Assembly: GCA_030704615.1 (NCBI GenBank)
Contig: CM060734.1
Span: 7,192,001 to 7,256,000 of the forward strand
DNA length: 64,000 bases
DNA from: Takakia lepidozioides
Lineage: Eukaryota > Plantae > Bryophyta
Reading direction: 5' to 3'
Shown here piece after piece: positions 1-13,087 of the stretch. A program made the position numbers and the translations under genes. The notes beneath the pieces were generated by a model. That model had not been told where the DNA came from and made no database searches. It worked only from the letters and a program-made list of their open reading frames with translations. The first letter of the stretch is position 1; each line of letters opens with the position of its first letter.

Positions 1-1072
1 GGTGTCGTGGAGTGCGATGCTTGCAGGGTCTGCACAGTAGGGACGAGGGATGGAGGCTTTGGAGACCTATAAGCAAATGATGGGGGAAGCACATCATGTT
101 TGTGTGCATTCGCAATGTTTGTGCAAGCCTGACAACCCTGGAGAAGGGCAAAAGACGTGCATGGGGATATCATCAAAGCTGGAATTGTACCAAATGTCAT
201 TCTAAACACTGCCTTGGCAGCTCTGGAAAAGGGGAAAGAGGTCCATGGAGACATCTTCAGAGCTGGAATTGTACCAAATTTCATTTTGAACAATACCCTG
301 GTGGACGTATTTGCAAAATGTGGGTGCATCTAGGATGCAAAGGGAGTGTTCAACACTATGGCTGAACAAGATGTGGCGTCATGCAAGCCTGGCAGTCCTA
401 GAGAAGGGCAAAGAGGTGCATGGGGATATCGTCAAAGCTGGAATTGCATCAAATGTCATTCTAAATACTGCCCTGGCAGCTCTGGAAAAGGGGAAAGAGG
501 TCCATGGCGACATCTTCAGAGCTGGAATTGTACCAGCTGTCATTCTGAACAATACCCTGGTGGACATGTTTGCAAAATGTGGGTGCATCTTAGGATGCAA
601 AGGGAGTGTTTGACACTATGGTTGAACGAGATGTGGTGTCGTGGAGTGCCATGCTTGCAGGGTATGCACAACAGGGACGTGGGATGGAGGCTTTGGAGAC
701 CTATGAGCAAATGATGGGGGAAGTACATCATGTTTGTGTGCATTTGCAATGCTTGTGCAAGCCTGGCAGCCCTGGAGAAGGGCAAAGAGGTGCATGGGGA
801 TATCATCAAAGCTGCGATTGTACCAAATGTCATTCTAAACACTGCCCTGGCAGCTCTGGAAAAGGGGGAAGAGGTGCATGGCGACATCTTCAAAGCTGGA
901 ATTGTACCAGATGTCATTCCGAACAATACCCTGGTGGACATGTTTGCAAAATGTGGGTGCATCTAGGATGCAAAGGGAGTGTTCAACACTATGGCTGAAC
1001 AGGATGTGGCGTCGTGCAAGCCTGGCAGCCCTAGAGAAGGGCAAAGAGGTGCGTGGGCTGTCCTGGTGTTGA
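1..1072 (+). pseudogene. Degenerate PLS-class pentatricopeptide repeat (PPR) array, internally duplicated
   Basis: Translations give DVVSWSAMLAGYAQQGRGMEALETYEQM, ACASLAALEKGKEVHGDI and ILNNTLVDMFAKCGCI with frameshifts and stops. ggtgtcgtggagtgc at 1 and 634 gives a 633-bp period, with shorter ~75-bp sub-duplications. Confidence 0.9.
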
Positions 1073-1186
1073 TCACTTTTTCGGATCATAATTTAGAATA
1101 GCACATTTGATGTACATTAGTACATATTTTATGAAGTTTAGTATGAAATCATAGTAAGAAATCATAAATAAAATGGAATTTTAGCA

Positions 1187-1715
1187 ATGGCAGAGCCGGA
1201 GGACCAGTCGAAGGACACCTCCTTGATTCCGGGATTGACAGACCATGTGACACTAGACTGCGTTGAACGGGTGCCTCGCTCTTATTATTTACCGTTGACA
1301 GGTGGTTGTAAGAAATGGCAGAATGCGCTAGCGGTGGTTGATGACGAAGGCCGCAACGACGTCTTTGAGATTCGCAAACGGGTAGAGATCAAGGAGGAAT
1401 GGGTTTACATGTTGGCTGGTCTTGCACACAATGTACAGCCTCTCATAAGTGCACGGAAGTGGTGGGTGTTTGATTCCGTTAGTACGCGGTGGCGATGTCT
1501 GCCAGACTGCCTGTGGATTATACCTTTGAAGTTTCTGACAAGGAATCGGAAGTTATAGAAACTCAGCTTTTGGTTTGCGGACAATACTCTAGAGGTTACA
1601 TGGTATGGAGGTATGATCTAGAAATCAATGAATAGTCTTCAGCGCCAAGAATGATTCAAGATCGATGTCTTTGTAAGTTAGCAAATGCAGGAAAATATGC
1701 TTATCTTACTGGAGG
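1187..1715 (+). pseudogene. F-box/kelch-repeat protein, 5' part (disrupted)
   Basis: SLIPGLTDHVTLDCVERVPRS...CKKW (plant F-box), EEWVYML...WWVFDSVSTRWRCLP, then VWRYDLEINE*SSAPRMIQDRC...YAYLTGG (kelch) with frameshift and stops. Confidence 0.8.
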
Positions 1716-2472
1716 ATCTCACCAGCAGACGACTCTTAGAACAACGCTACAACTCGCTACTTCAAGCATGGGAACCTCTCCCCGATCTCAACATAGCACG
1801 GGAAAGGGAGCTAATGGGAAAACAAGGATAAATGTGAACCGCTGGATATTGGTTGATCAAGGGTAGCGATCCTCACTTCCCAAACGGATGAATGACATGG
1901 ATGAGGAGCAACATTCATGAGGATTTAAAACGGCTCATGTATCAATGTAAGTTGGTCATGTCCCTGGATGGATGAAAGTTATAGATGGATGAAAATTATG
2001 AGGAAGAATAAAAATGGATGAAATCAGCGGATGAAACCATGGATGGATGAATTACAGGCTGGATTTCTGGACGGATGACAATGGATGGAGGAAAAACACG
2101 TGGTTCGATCTGGTCTGTTCAGGTGGAGGGCGCAGATTTGAAGGATTTAAAAAAAAAAAACATCTTATATTAATGAACACTCTAGGGAAAATTAATTAAA
2201 AACTTTAACTAGGTGTCGGTGCTTAAATGCACCAGTGATGGATTTTTTTTTTTTTTTTGAGAAATGGATGAATGAAAGTCGTCAAAACAAGTGACGGATG
2301 TAGAGCAACGGACTGGTATAAATCAGCCGGCGAAAGGGAGAACAGCAACAATCAAGTTCTTATTTCTCTCGCTCCCTCTCTTCCTCTTCGTTCTCTCCCT
2401 CTTCGTTTTAGTGTAGGCTAGATGTTGTAGTGAAGAAGACCGGTGTATAGTGAACTGGTTTTGATTAAATAC

Positions 2473-2946
2473 ATCTCAGCTTTGTGGGCATTCCGCACCA
2501 CACACAAAGTTACAACCAAGAACACTCCCTTTTCATTGGTCTATGGGGTAGAATCCATCATGCCAATTGAAACGGAAATTCCATCCCTGCGAATGGCCAT
2601 CGATGAGAGACTCTCAGAGTCTGAGTCCCTAAGGGAGCGACTTGAGTTTTTGGAAGGTCTGGATGAAACTAGGCAATCCGTAGCTCAGAACATTGAGTCT
2701 GTGCAGCGGCAACGTAAGGCCCGCTTTGATAAGAGGAGAAAGAAACGTACTTTCAAGAAAGGAGATTTGGTAATGGTGTTTGACAGCAGGAATGAAAACT
2801 TCAAAGCGAAATTCGACTCTTTGTGGATGGGTCCGTATGTGGTACATGAAGTCTTCGACAATGGTTCTTTGCAGCTGGAAACCTTGAGGGGGGAGTGGTT
2901 TCCCAACAGAGTAAATGGAATACGTTGCAAGCATTATAATGTGTGA
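2473..2946 (+). mobile_element. Ty3/Gypsy integrase C-terminal fragment
   Basis: ALWAFRTT...TPFSLVYG...FKKGDLVMV...WMGPY (GPY/F motif)...NRVNG. Confidence 0.9.
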
Positions 2947-4861
2947 CCAGTTCCAGAGTAAGCATAGGTATGTCTTGCCCTAATCTTTCTAGTCAAGAGT
3001 GGAGCTTGAATGGAAGCAGGGCAGTGAAATTTCACTTTTGGTTTGATGCTGGACAAAACAGAGATGACGGTGGGGTATTTTACTGATCATCATCGGTTCA
3101 AGTTTTAGAAATGGTAACGACGATATTCTCTCTACCCTTGTATCTCTTTAAATTGGTGTCCGTTCATTCTTAACAATGTACAAAGTGAAAATTAATCTTG
3201 TGCAGGGTTTGAAAACGACGTCAGTATTTCATATGTCACCTGCATTATTGCCGATCATTTTATAAAAATGCATGCCCACTAAGGCGCTTCAGTTCTGAAT
3301 CATATCTCATGTGAATATATATAGTGTTTGCTGCAACAAACACTCTGCCAGTATATCGATGTTCCCTGCATGGAACACTGCGACTTTCTGAACGTGGATC
3401 TCTAACCTTGTACCCTTCCTTCCAATCTATTGTCAATATCTCTACCCCGCTGCAGTATTCCTCATAGAGGGAGAAAAATCACAAAAGCCGTGAGGGGGTA
3501 AAAGGAGAGATTGTAGAGTGGTGGTTGCTGCTCCCCTCATCTGAGTGAATGATGTCAGGCACAGGAAAACCCACAAAGGCCTGTGACCTCCTTTTCTAGT
3601 AGTTAGGTAAAAATGGTGTGTCAAGCCAGAGTGTGGTCCTCTGAGGTGCAAAAAGTATCCAATCCTTTTCATGTCAAGAATTCCACCATAAACTCTACGA
3701 AATCCATGAGAGGTCCGTGCGAGTCATGTTTTAGATACAGATGGTACGTCTTTTATTTCCGGTGTAGGGTCCTCCGAAGTTCAAAAATATCCAATCATTT
3801 TCATTGCTATTTGCTCTGGCCGGGTTCGAGTTAAGATCCTCTCGTAGAAATAGACTTGTTGTTCGAATCGATGTCCTTTTTAGAAATAGCCAGAGTATGG
3901 TCCTTTGAGGTGCAAAAAATATCCAATTGTTTTCTGCTGATATACGAGCATAGGCTCAAAGTATTTACAAGACCGTAGTAGAATGAAAAACCAATCTGAC
4001 ACATCATATCTAGGGGATTCAAACCCAGTCCAGTGGGGGAGGATGGATTGGTTTGAAATGTTTTTATCTGGGACTCAAATTCTCTCCGAAGAGGGAGAGG
4101 GGATGGTTTTACAAATTTATTATCTGGAGTTTTGCTCAGGGAACTCAAACTCTCTCTCTAGAGGGCGAGTGGATGGTTTCCAAACTTTGTGATCTGTTTC
4201 TTTTTCTTTGATAAAAAGTCTTACGTCAAAATAATGTACATTTGTACAGCCCCTACGTCATGTCAATGATAGATGTTCAGTTTCGCAATGTGCAACCAAA
4301 GATTTTGGGTTCTTTCACACTCGGGGCGAGTGTTCCCCATTGGCCGCCATATACAAAAATATGTCAACCATTAATGCACCCCATTAACAGTTGCATACTT
4401 AATTTAGGGTTCGTGTTAGACAGAGCTAGGTTAGGTCCCGAAGGCGCCGCCTAGCCCCAAGGGTGCTGCTAGTGTGGATTATAATTTTTCTATGTTATAA
4501 GTATTTGCGTTTGTAATTTGTAACCAACAGTTAGTATTAACTCATTGACGTATTTACGAAAACAATAGTCCAGAAATAAGTAATGCGAATGTATAATTAC
4601 TCTCAGTATAAAGGGTTATGGTTATTTTATAGGAGATATATTCTAGTGTAAATATTAATTATTCAGTAAACAACAACAAATTAATTTCAATTAACCGACT
4701 TTATTATTTCTTTTCTTTTTGAATAACTTTATGTATATGTTCAAAAGATAGAGATACCGATTTATTTAGTTTTTACTAGTACACATTAACTTAGGTGAGT
4801 CAAGAAGATATGATTAATTAGATCATTCTAAGGAAAAGATCAGCCCAACAAACAATATTAC

Positions 4862-5620
4862 TATAATGGTTGAGGATCCAGGTGCGCCTTGATTTCCCAA
4901 GCATTGGCTTTGTTCTTCATGTTAACCTCCGACATGTCAACAGTCCCACTTGGGAGGTCCACATACCAGGGACAGTCCACCAAATGCTCAGCATGCCACT
5001 CCTTTGCCATGGCTTCTGTGTACATGGACGCACGTCCTCCGGGTGTCCTCCACGCAAGGAAGCACGATGATACCCTTTGAATGGCTCCGAAGGGAATGAG
5101 AGCAAAATTTATGTACCTGCAATCACAATTTCCCTATTACGGTGCTGAAATTCCAAACACCCACATGAGCAACTACAAAAACTTTGCTGCTATATTGTCC
5201 TGCCGCAATTCAAGTTGCCAATGCAGGGGGTATTTCAGCGCCGCAATACCCATCGCAGCGTGGCTCAATTCACGAGCACCACAGGCGCAGCAAAACATGG
5301 GTTTCAGTGGCAGCTGAGTACTTGAAAAGGACTCGCATTGCAGCTTTGTCGGCCCCCTCCTGCTCTTCGATGTATACGCTGCGTCTTGCATTTGCCACTT
5401 CTCTGTAGAACAGGTTCGGGAAGCGCCCTCGATAGGACTGCACATAGTTCTCCATTGTCTCCGGTTTTGTCCGATCAATCTGCAACTTGAAAGTTGAGGT
5501 CTGGACATCCAATTGCTCCTGGGCATGGTTTAGTACCTGCAGCATTCCAGGACTCCGAAACATTCATGAGTTTGAAATTACGATGAAGTCGAACAGACAC
5601 AACAGGAGGACATTATACCT
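4862..5620 (-). other. Unassigned spliced gene fragment
   Basis: ORFs 5563-5270 and 5526-5173 plus a candidate last exon after ttgcag (~5116-4862) reading YINFALIPFGAIQRVSSCFLAW...CPWYVDLP...HLDPQPL*. No family recognised. Confidence 0.3.
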
Positions 5621-6132
5621 GATGCCACCAAGTCATGACATTCAGCCACTCGTTCATTTTTGTCGTCAGTTGGCTCGATTGGAAAGTGGTACAGCGGCTT
5701 CGTGTTTGTAATGTTGTTCCAGATTCCCTGGGGGTGCACTCCAGCTAGTATGTACCAGCCACCGTGTGCACAGGAGGGGGTATTTTAAAGCCCCCCATGT
5801 ACAACATTATATATACATAGGGGGGTTTAAAACACCTTAAATATAATACTACAAGAGGGGTATGTTGAATTTTAGGGGTAGTCTAGTGGTAAGGACGTCG
5901 GTTAGGTTCCGATGCATCACGGGATCAAATCGCGATGTATTTTTTTTTTTTTTTTTCCTCTTCTCCCCGCGATCTGTCTCCCCTTCCTTCCCCGCGGGCT
6001 TTCTCGTTTCCTCTCCTCGGTTCGTTCTCCTCTCATCTCCTACGCATCATTTGTTATACCAGATGTTTACAAGGTTCTTGGTAGAGTCAGCTTGGTCTTA
6101 GCAGTCCGTGTTTCAATCTCTGCCTGCTCAGA

Positions 6133-8719
6133 TGTGACGAGCCCTGAGCGCGCGTGGTCAGGGTGACGGCATACTAGCTAGGGGGTCGTGGTAAGTTGCG
6201 GTGTAGGTTGGGCTCACTGAACCGCCTACCCGACTGCGGTTAGTGCAGGGGGTCCGTGGTCGTATATGGTGGCTATGGTCACTAACTAGTTCCTACCGGC
6301 AAAGGGGAGTTTATTACTCCACTTCACATGGCGAGTTTGCGTTTTCTAAGTCCTACGGTACTTCCACAATTTGTTTTAGTAACTGCCTTCCAAGTCTTTG
6401 TTTATTTCCTAAGTGTTCCTACCGGCCTAAATCCCCGAGGTGCCTATAGCTGGGATCTGTTTATAATCCCTTCACAAGGCGTCTACCGAATTTAGGGAGG
6501 AAGACGAGCCTCTCTTCCCCATGCCCCTCCAACTCCTGGGTGTCTCGAGGTCAAGATCATCCCTGGGAAGGGCCAAATCCCCTTAGAATCTCAATTTCTA
6601 CTTCAAAAGGGCATGCAATTCAACCTTAACCATTTTAGCTAATTTCAAGCTTATAAAAATGGCAGAAAAACCCCTTGGAAAATATTTAATGAGAATAAAC
6701 ATTAAAAAAAATCCCAAATCTCCAGGGGATCTGAATAATCCCTCTGGAATATCCAGGGGAGCGCGGGAACCTGATGATAACGAGATGGGAACGTGAGAAC
6801 GCCCAAGAGCAACGGGCGTGGATGACGGGTCACTATGCTGTCATCCGTCCCTCAACCTCCAAAACCTGCGCATGCAAACTATTAAATAAAGGCGCTGGTG
6901 GGTCCAGGCCCTATTCTACCACGTGGTTTCAAGAAATAATAAGTTAATACCCCAAAAAGACGCTTCCTCTCCTGGAATTTATCATCTTCTAGCCTAGCCA
7001 AATCACTGTAGCCTAACTTTTAGGACAGAGTAGTTTTGTTCCAAACTTGACCTAATGTTGTCTCGGTTCCTGCTTTGATACTACGTTCTCCACACCATGG
7101 GAGCTCTGGCTTGTTTCGAAGGCCCCGCTTGGGGCTACTTAGTACAAGAACCCAAGATTTTTCTATCCATTCCTCATGCAATGACAAGCAAAATAAACTT
7201 AAAGAGCGGGGGGGGCGGGGGGGCTGAAAACCCAATAGCCCAAGGTCCTGATTTACTCCCTTTTCCTAGGCGGTTCTTCCGCCCGCTGGTTAAACCCGCG
7301 TCCCCGCCACATGGCGGGGCGTCGTGCAGCGCGGAGCGGTCCGTGCGGCAGACCGTGGGGCCTGAAACCTATTACGCAGAAGTCCGTCACCAGCGTGGTT
7401 GTCTGGGGGGTGGCGGCTGTCTCAGCGCCACGCAGCAGCGCTCACACGAGCTTGAACGTACTGTACTTGAGTCAACGGGGCCCGCAAGCAGCAGCGCCTC
7501 GGCGCGTGGCTCTTTTAAGGTCTTGATGGTGGGGTCGCCTGGATATGGTGGAGCCCCAGCAACTCCCGCGGGCTGCTCCCCGCCCCTATGGAGCCTGATT
7601 CAAATGACTCAGCTTCCTAAGCACCAAAAAAACAACTTTTGCTCCCCTCGATTTGTCAAGAGGTCCACTTGCTCTAGGGGGAAACTTAAGAGGTTAGCTC
7701 AACTTATCAGCCTCTCTCTTCTCACATATATGGCCTCTGGTCATCTCTGGTCCTGCTATTCCAGATCTGGAAATCAACTTATAGCTTCATTATAATGCAA
7801 AATATGGGCTCCCAAGCCCCTATATCCTTTTCCCAAAGGTCTCCATATATCAAAGTGCTCTACTTCTAGCAACTTCAAAGCTTCCTCTTAACATCAAAGG
7901 GTTAGTTTTTTCTTCATGAACAACACATAGACACCAGCCCCTAGCATCACAAGCTCTCGGCTTAGTGTAAATCAACAAATGCCATAAATTTCAATGAAAA
8001 CACATGGGGTCGGTGGTGGATCACCCTCAAATTAGGCGATGGAGCTCGGGATGCTCTACTCGCTCGGTAGACTGGTTCTCAAGGTGGCCCTCCTTCCTAG
8101 GTGCTCATCATGCCTTGACCATCTCCGGCCTCCATACTCGTCCTCAAGTCTCCTCCCTAAGTAGGTATCCACAACTATTCTCCCCTCAGGGGCCTCAAGG
8201 CCTAGAGCTAGGACCTTCCTAAGCTCTCCAAAAGCAAGCTTCCTAACTAGGGAGCTTCAAGCTCCACTCCCTAGGACCTAGGCCTCCTCAAGCAAAAACT
8301 AACAAAGCAACAATGCAACAAGCAAGAGGAAACTATACAAATGAACTAGGTGAAGAACAAGGAGGGCCTTGCTCTTATTTTATAGCGTTTTTGGGCCTAA
8401 TGAGAAATACTATTAAACGATAATAACCTCGAAGGGTTTATGGTTTAAAATCCATAGATTGAAATAAGCTAATATTTTGGATGGACAACCTTGGAGGTAA
8501 ATGATATATGCCATTTCATCCATCCCTTGGATGGCTAGTTGGCGCTAGTTGTCATTTTTCATCCATCCATCCTCCAGGGAGAATTTGTCATTTTCATCCC
8601 ATGGATGAAGTAGGAAATCAATTAATCAGCTTCCGTGAGTGCCGTTGACTTGATAATTTGATGTTGTCACTAATCTCCTCCATAAATCACCATACCTTGG
8701 ATGCCTGCAAATTCTCACA
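6133..8719 (-). mobile_element. Probable solo LTR or LTR fragment with a GC-rich internal insert (~7205-7600)
   Basis: Termini TGTGA...TCACA, minus-strand TATA context (ctataaaataagagc, ~8370-8386), no coding capacity. No matching TSD found. Confidence 0.35.
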
Positions 8720-9218
8720 GTGATCGGGGATGAAAAGATATTTCAATCAACGGTTTCTGTGGTTTCGCCATACAGGAAGTTGCTCCTCCCTGGGAAATAA
8801 ATAACTGATGGTGCCCCTGGGGGTCTTTGGCCCTGCCACTGGGTCACAGATCTTCCTGGAGTCCTTTTACTACTCGCTTTGCATCGCTGGGGAGTCAAAA
8901 CTTCACCGTGAAGCTACTAACCCGTCGTTTGCTTCGATGCAGCATTTTGCCATGTCGCAATATCTCATTGCTGTACAAGTTGTTTCTTCCAATTGCCAAA
9001 CTCCTCGCCGTGTGTTCCTACTGGATTTGAAAGACGGGAGAACAGAAAAGATCGCAATCCGGGACTCACACAGTCGTCATGTATTGTTCGAACAGGTTTA
9101 CCTTGCCGTTACCAGTATCAATTTGGCAGCCTATCATGCTGTCGATGCAGCTTCCTATGGTCATCTTGACGCCATAGCTCCTCTCCATGGTCGTCGCAGA
9201 CTCTGTCTAAGTTCTTAA
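8720..9218 (+). pseudogene. Possible 3' part of the F-box/kelch pseudogene
   Basis: INN*WCPWGSLALPLGHRSSWSPFTTRFASLGSQ resembles a late kelch blade of plant F-box/kelch proteins. Same strand as 1187-1715. Confidence 0.35.
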
Positions 9219-9495
9219 GTGTTGTACCAATGATTCCCAATGAACTCACAAACTGTCATGTTTTGGCAGTACAATGTCGAAACTGCCTGTCTTGAGATCA
9301 AAAACGATCTGAAAAGAAAAATGTACCATTATACATATATGGCGACCAATGGAAAACACTCATCCCGAGTGTAAGAGAATCCAGAATCTCTAATTCGTAC
9401 AATCACCCTACTAGGGTATCTTTGATATGCCTTGGAGTCAACGACTCACTTTAAGTGACATGAAAAAGATGAAGAATAATTTCCCTTCGATCACT

Positions 9496-11603
9496 AGCTA
9501 CAAGAAACCTGCATGGGTAGATGGTCAACTGGAAACAGCAGCGGCAACTCAGCACAATTCATAGAGCTAGGCACTGCTAATGAACACATTTCAGCCTGTT
9601 TTTCCCTGTTATCAAAGTCGTCCCTTAATTTTCAAGTTGAATTCTGCAAGTTAGCTCGTTGGTGGATCTATGGTGGTTTTGGAGTGATTTTGACATGTTA
9701 CTGCCAATGTGGCAACAGGAAAGTATCAAAAAACAGATAATAGAGACAAGGAGAAGCTCTGGAATGAATATGTTTCCGATCGCAGTCAAAGGTGGAACAA
9801 TCGAGGCAAAAATGTAAGTGCCTGTTGGAAGCGATAGTCAGCATAGGAACTAATGGGATAAGTAGGGTTGGGGTGGTTGCTAGAACAAATCTGGGCTGTC
9901 ATTGTCAGCTGCTAGCAGCAAGGCAAGGATATATGCATGATTTGTGCATAGCATGGATAGCTGAAGGAGCAGGGATAGAGTTTGGGTCCAGATTCATCCA
10001 AGAGGGCCAAATTTCAAGCTCCATATTACCTATGATTCATTGTGGATGGATAGCTACAAGAAACCTATATGGATACATGGTCAACTGGAAGCCACAGCAA
10101 CAACAATACAATTGATAAAATTAGGCACTGCTAATAAATGCACCTTCTTCAATACATTTCACCTTGTTTTTCTCTCTTATCAGAGTCGGCCCTATATTGC
10201 CATGTTGAATTCTGCAAGTTAGCTGGTTGAGTGAATGTAGTTTGGAGTAACTTTGACATGATACTGCCAACATGAAAGCATCCAAAAACACGTAACAGAG
10301 ATGAGGAGAAGCTGTGGAATGAATACTTTTCTAACCCCAGTCAATGGTGGGACACCGAGGCAAAAAGGTGAATGTGTGTTAGATTACAGAGAGTAGCAGA
10401 CGTAATTCAGCATAGGAACTAGTGTAATAAGCTAGGTTGGGTGTTTCCTAGAACAAATCTAGGCTGTTATCATCAGCTGCAAGGCAAGGATGTATGCATG
10501 ATTTGTGCAGAGGCATAGATAGCTGAAGGAGCAGGGATAGAGTGTGGGTCCAGATTCATCCAAGAGGGCTGGACTTCAAGCTCCAGATTACCTTGATTCC
10601 ATGTGGATCAGTAGCTACAAGAAACCTCCATGGGTAGATGGTCAACTAAAGGCAGCAGCTGTAGCGGCCTAGTTGATAAAATCAGGCACCTCAACCATGA
10701 CCACAGCTTCTGAAAGAGGATCAAGAGAGGGAGTCCACAATGCCTCTTCTGGCACTTCTGGACATGTGAAGATACTTTGTGCGGCAGGCAACCTGTCAGA
10801 GGCTCTACAGACTCTAAACCAAGGAGGCATTTCAGCAGATTCAGATATATCTGTCTGTCTCTTGCTTAAGTGCATCAAGATGGAAGGTCTGGAGCTGGAA
10901 AGCAGGTGCACACACACCTTATCCAAAGTGGATTCACGCCAGATGTTTTGCTACTCAACACCCTTGTCAACATGTATGTTAAGTGTTGGAGCATCAGGGA
11001 TGCTTACCAAGTGTTCAACAAAATGCCTCAATGATCTTTGATCACGTGGAATATTATGTTGGAAGGATTTACCAAACATAGGTGTGGTAGGAATGTTTTG
11101 GAAACATATGAGCAAATGATGTGCGAAGCGGTGAAGCCCAACCACATCACATTTGTTTGTGTTTGCAATGCGTGTGCAAGCTTGGGAACTTTGGAAAAGA
11201 GGAAAGAGGTCCATAGTGACATTGTCAAAGCTGAAATTGTACTAGATGTCATCTTGAACACTGCCCTGGTGGACATGTTTGCCAAATGTGGGTGCATTAA
11301 GGATGTGAGGGGAGTTTTCAACACTCTGGCTGAACGAGATGCGGTGTCATGGAACGTGATGCTTGCAGGGTATGCACAGCAGGGGCACGGGATGGAGGCT
11401 TTGGAGACCTATGAGCAAATGATGGGGGAAGGGATGAAGCCCAACCAGTACATCACATTTGGGTGCATTTGCAATGCATGTGCATGCCTGGCAGCTCTGA
11501 TAAAGGGCAAAGGGGTCCAGGGTGACATTGTCAGAGCTGCAATTGTACCAAATGTCATTTTGAACAATACCCTCTTAGACATGTATGAAGGGAGTGTTCG
11601 ACA
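9496..11603 (+). pseudogene. OSB-type PDF-motif repeats fused to a PLS-class PPR array
   Basis: EKLWNEYVSDRSQRWNNRGKN|intron 9814-9991|IHPRGPNFKLHITYDSLWMDSYKKPIWIHGQL and EKLWNEYFSNPSQWWD(N)RGKK|intron 10368-10553|IHPRGLDFKLQIT..DSMWISSYKKPPWVDGQL. The second motif runs through one TAG (10670) into LCAAGNLSEAL...NTLVNMYVKC...SWNVMLAGYAQQG PPR motifs. Confidence 0.75.
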
Positions 11604-11607
11604 GTAT

Positions 11608-11948
11608 TCAATCAAGGTAAGAAAACATGAACTATATCATGTGGAGGAAGTCCGTGCTGATGCAGCAGATAACATGACCAGAATTCAAATGAAGAGGAAA
11701 GATCGGTTTGATGAAGACAAACTTAAGACTTTTAGGACAAATTTAGTGTTATGGTTACAGAAGAAAGGAAAGATTAAGGCTTCTAAGCTCAAGTCACCAT
11801 GGAATGGACCTTATGTCATACATAAAATGTATGATAACAACACAACAATGCTGCCGACAATCAACAAGGAAATGCTTGGTAGAGTTAATGCTAATTAGCT
11901 TAAGGGATAACACGGTATCCATGATAAACCACTACGGCATGATTTGAA
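11608..11948 (+). mobile_element. Gypsy integrase C-terminal fragment, same family as the element at 23842-36818
   Basis: SIKVRKHELYHVEEVRADAADNMTRIQMKRK...SPWNGPY is nearly identical to the translation of 31135-31480. Confidence 0.9.
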
Positions 11949-13087
11949 TCTACGGGCGGAAAAGTCATTCGATTGAGGGTAGTCCATTCCCTTTCTTCTT
12001 CTAGCAGCAGCTCTCCGTTTACATCAGTGCCAGGATCACCTTCTGATAAAGATGAGGTAATGTCGGCATCAGCCTAGGTAAGGAGTAATCAAGATCTTTT
12101 AAAGGTCTTGAGAGCTGAATTGTTGCTTTCTTTTCAATTGTTTGGCTTGTGATCAAGCAAGTTTTGTAATGTTCTTTACAAGTAAATTCATTATTCTACC
12201 AACGTGAGGAATTCCATTGTTATTATCAAACGATTGTCCTTCCATGAAATCCTAAATGGTATGTCTTTCGAAACAAAGGTCAAACGGATCAGAAGCAGGT
12301 TTTGGAAGCATAGTCCAGAGGTTCGAGTAAGGGTAGAAGCTTTTATCATTAACCAGTTGGCTCAGATGAAACCTATCAAGAAGGGATGGATAGACGAAAA
12401 AGTTTAGTGCAAGCGACCTGCGCAAAACGGCTCCCCCAAACATTTTTATTGGTGTAAAGACCGCCCCAACTGGTTGTACTGTTCTTGTCATGGAATATAC
12501 CTAGGCACCTTGCATTTACGATCTTCCCTTACCACGCATCTCATTGTAACATGTGCCAGCTCCTTGTGACCCATTATTTACGAAGCCGAGACCATTGTAG
12601 ATATTGTAACGGCCCAGTACCCATAGAAGATTGGCTGCTACATGGTCAACTTCATACGGATATACCCTCGTCATCAAGATTTAATGGGATATATCCAAAT
12701 CTGACCTCCTTCATTCTTGACATGGTCATCCAAGGGAATATAAGCCCGCTTGTACGAACAGAAGAGGGAGAGTCTTCGTCATAGAGAGTGTATGTCTAGC
12801 TCGGGATCAAGCACAACACTTCCAGTTATTGGTAGTCTGTCTCTAGACACTAGACTACAATGCAGGCTAGCACGTGCAGCCATTAGGGTTCAACTAATAG
12901 GGCATAATCCAGCTTTCAGTCCCATAATAGATTCGGAAACCCGAAGTCTAGATAAGATAGAGTGGGAAGGAGAGAATATCGGTAGTTCTTTAGACGTCGA
13001 GTATTCACGAGTGGTTTCCTCTTTGTCTAGTCCTCCTTTCTCCCCACGGTCAGGGGCAAATAGTCTACCGCCGTCATTAGTGTCAAC

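Noticed and set aside
3440-4200. Possible plastid-derived (ycf2-like) insertion with a ~40-bp duplication at 3626/3889
   Set aside because: Only an impression from composition; no diagnostic motif I can support.
5776-5887. Hairpin followed by CTAG (Helitron 3' end)
   Set aside because: The hairpin is long, AT-looped and too far from the CTAG, and no 5' TC end or RepHel was found.
7097-7795. 232-aa ORF
   Set aside because: Low-complexity, spans a GC-rich insert in an LTR-like region, no recognisable domain.
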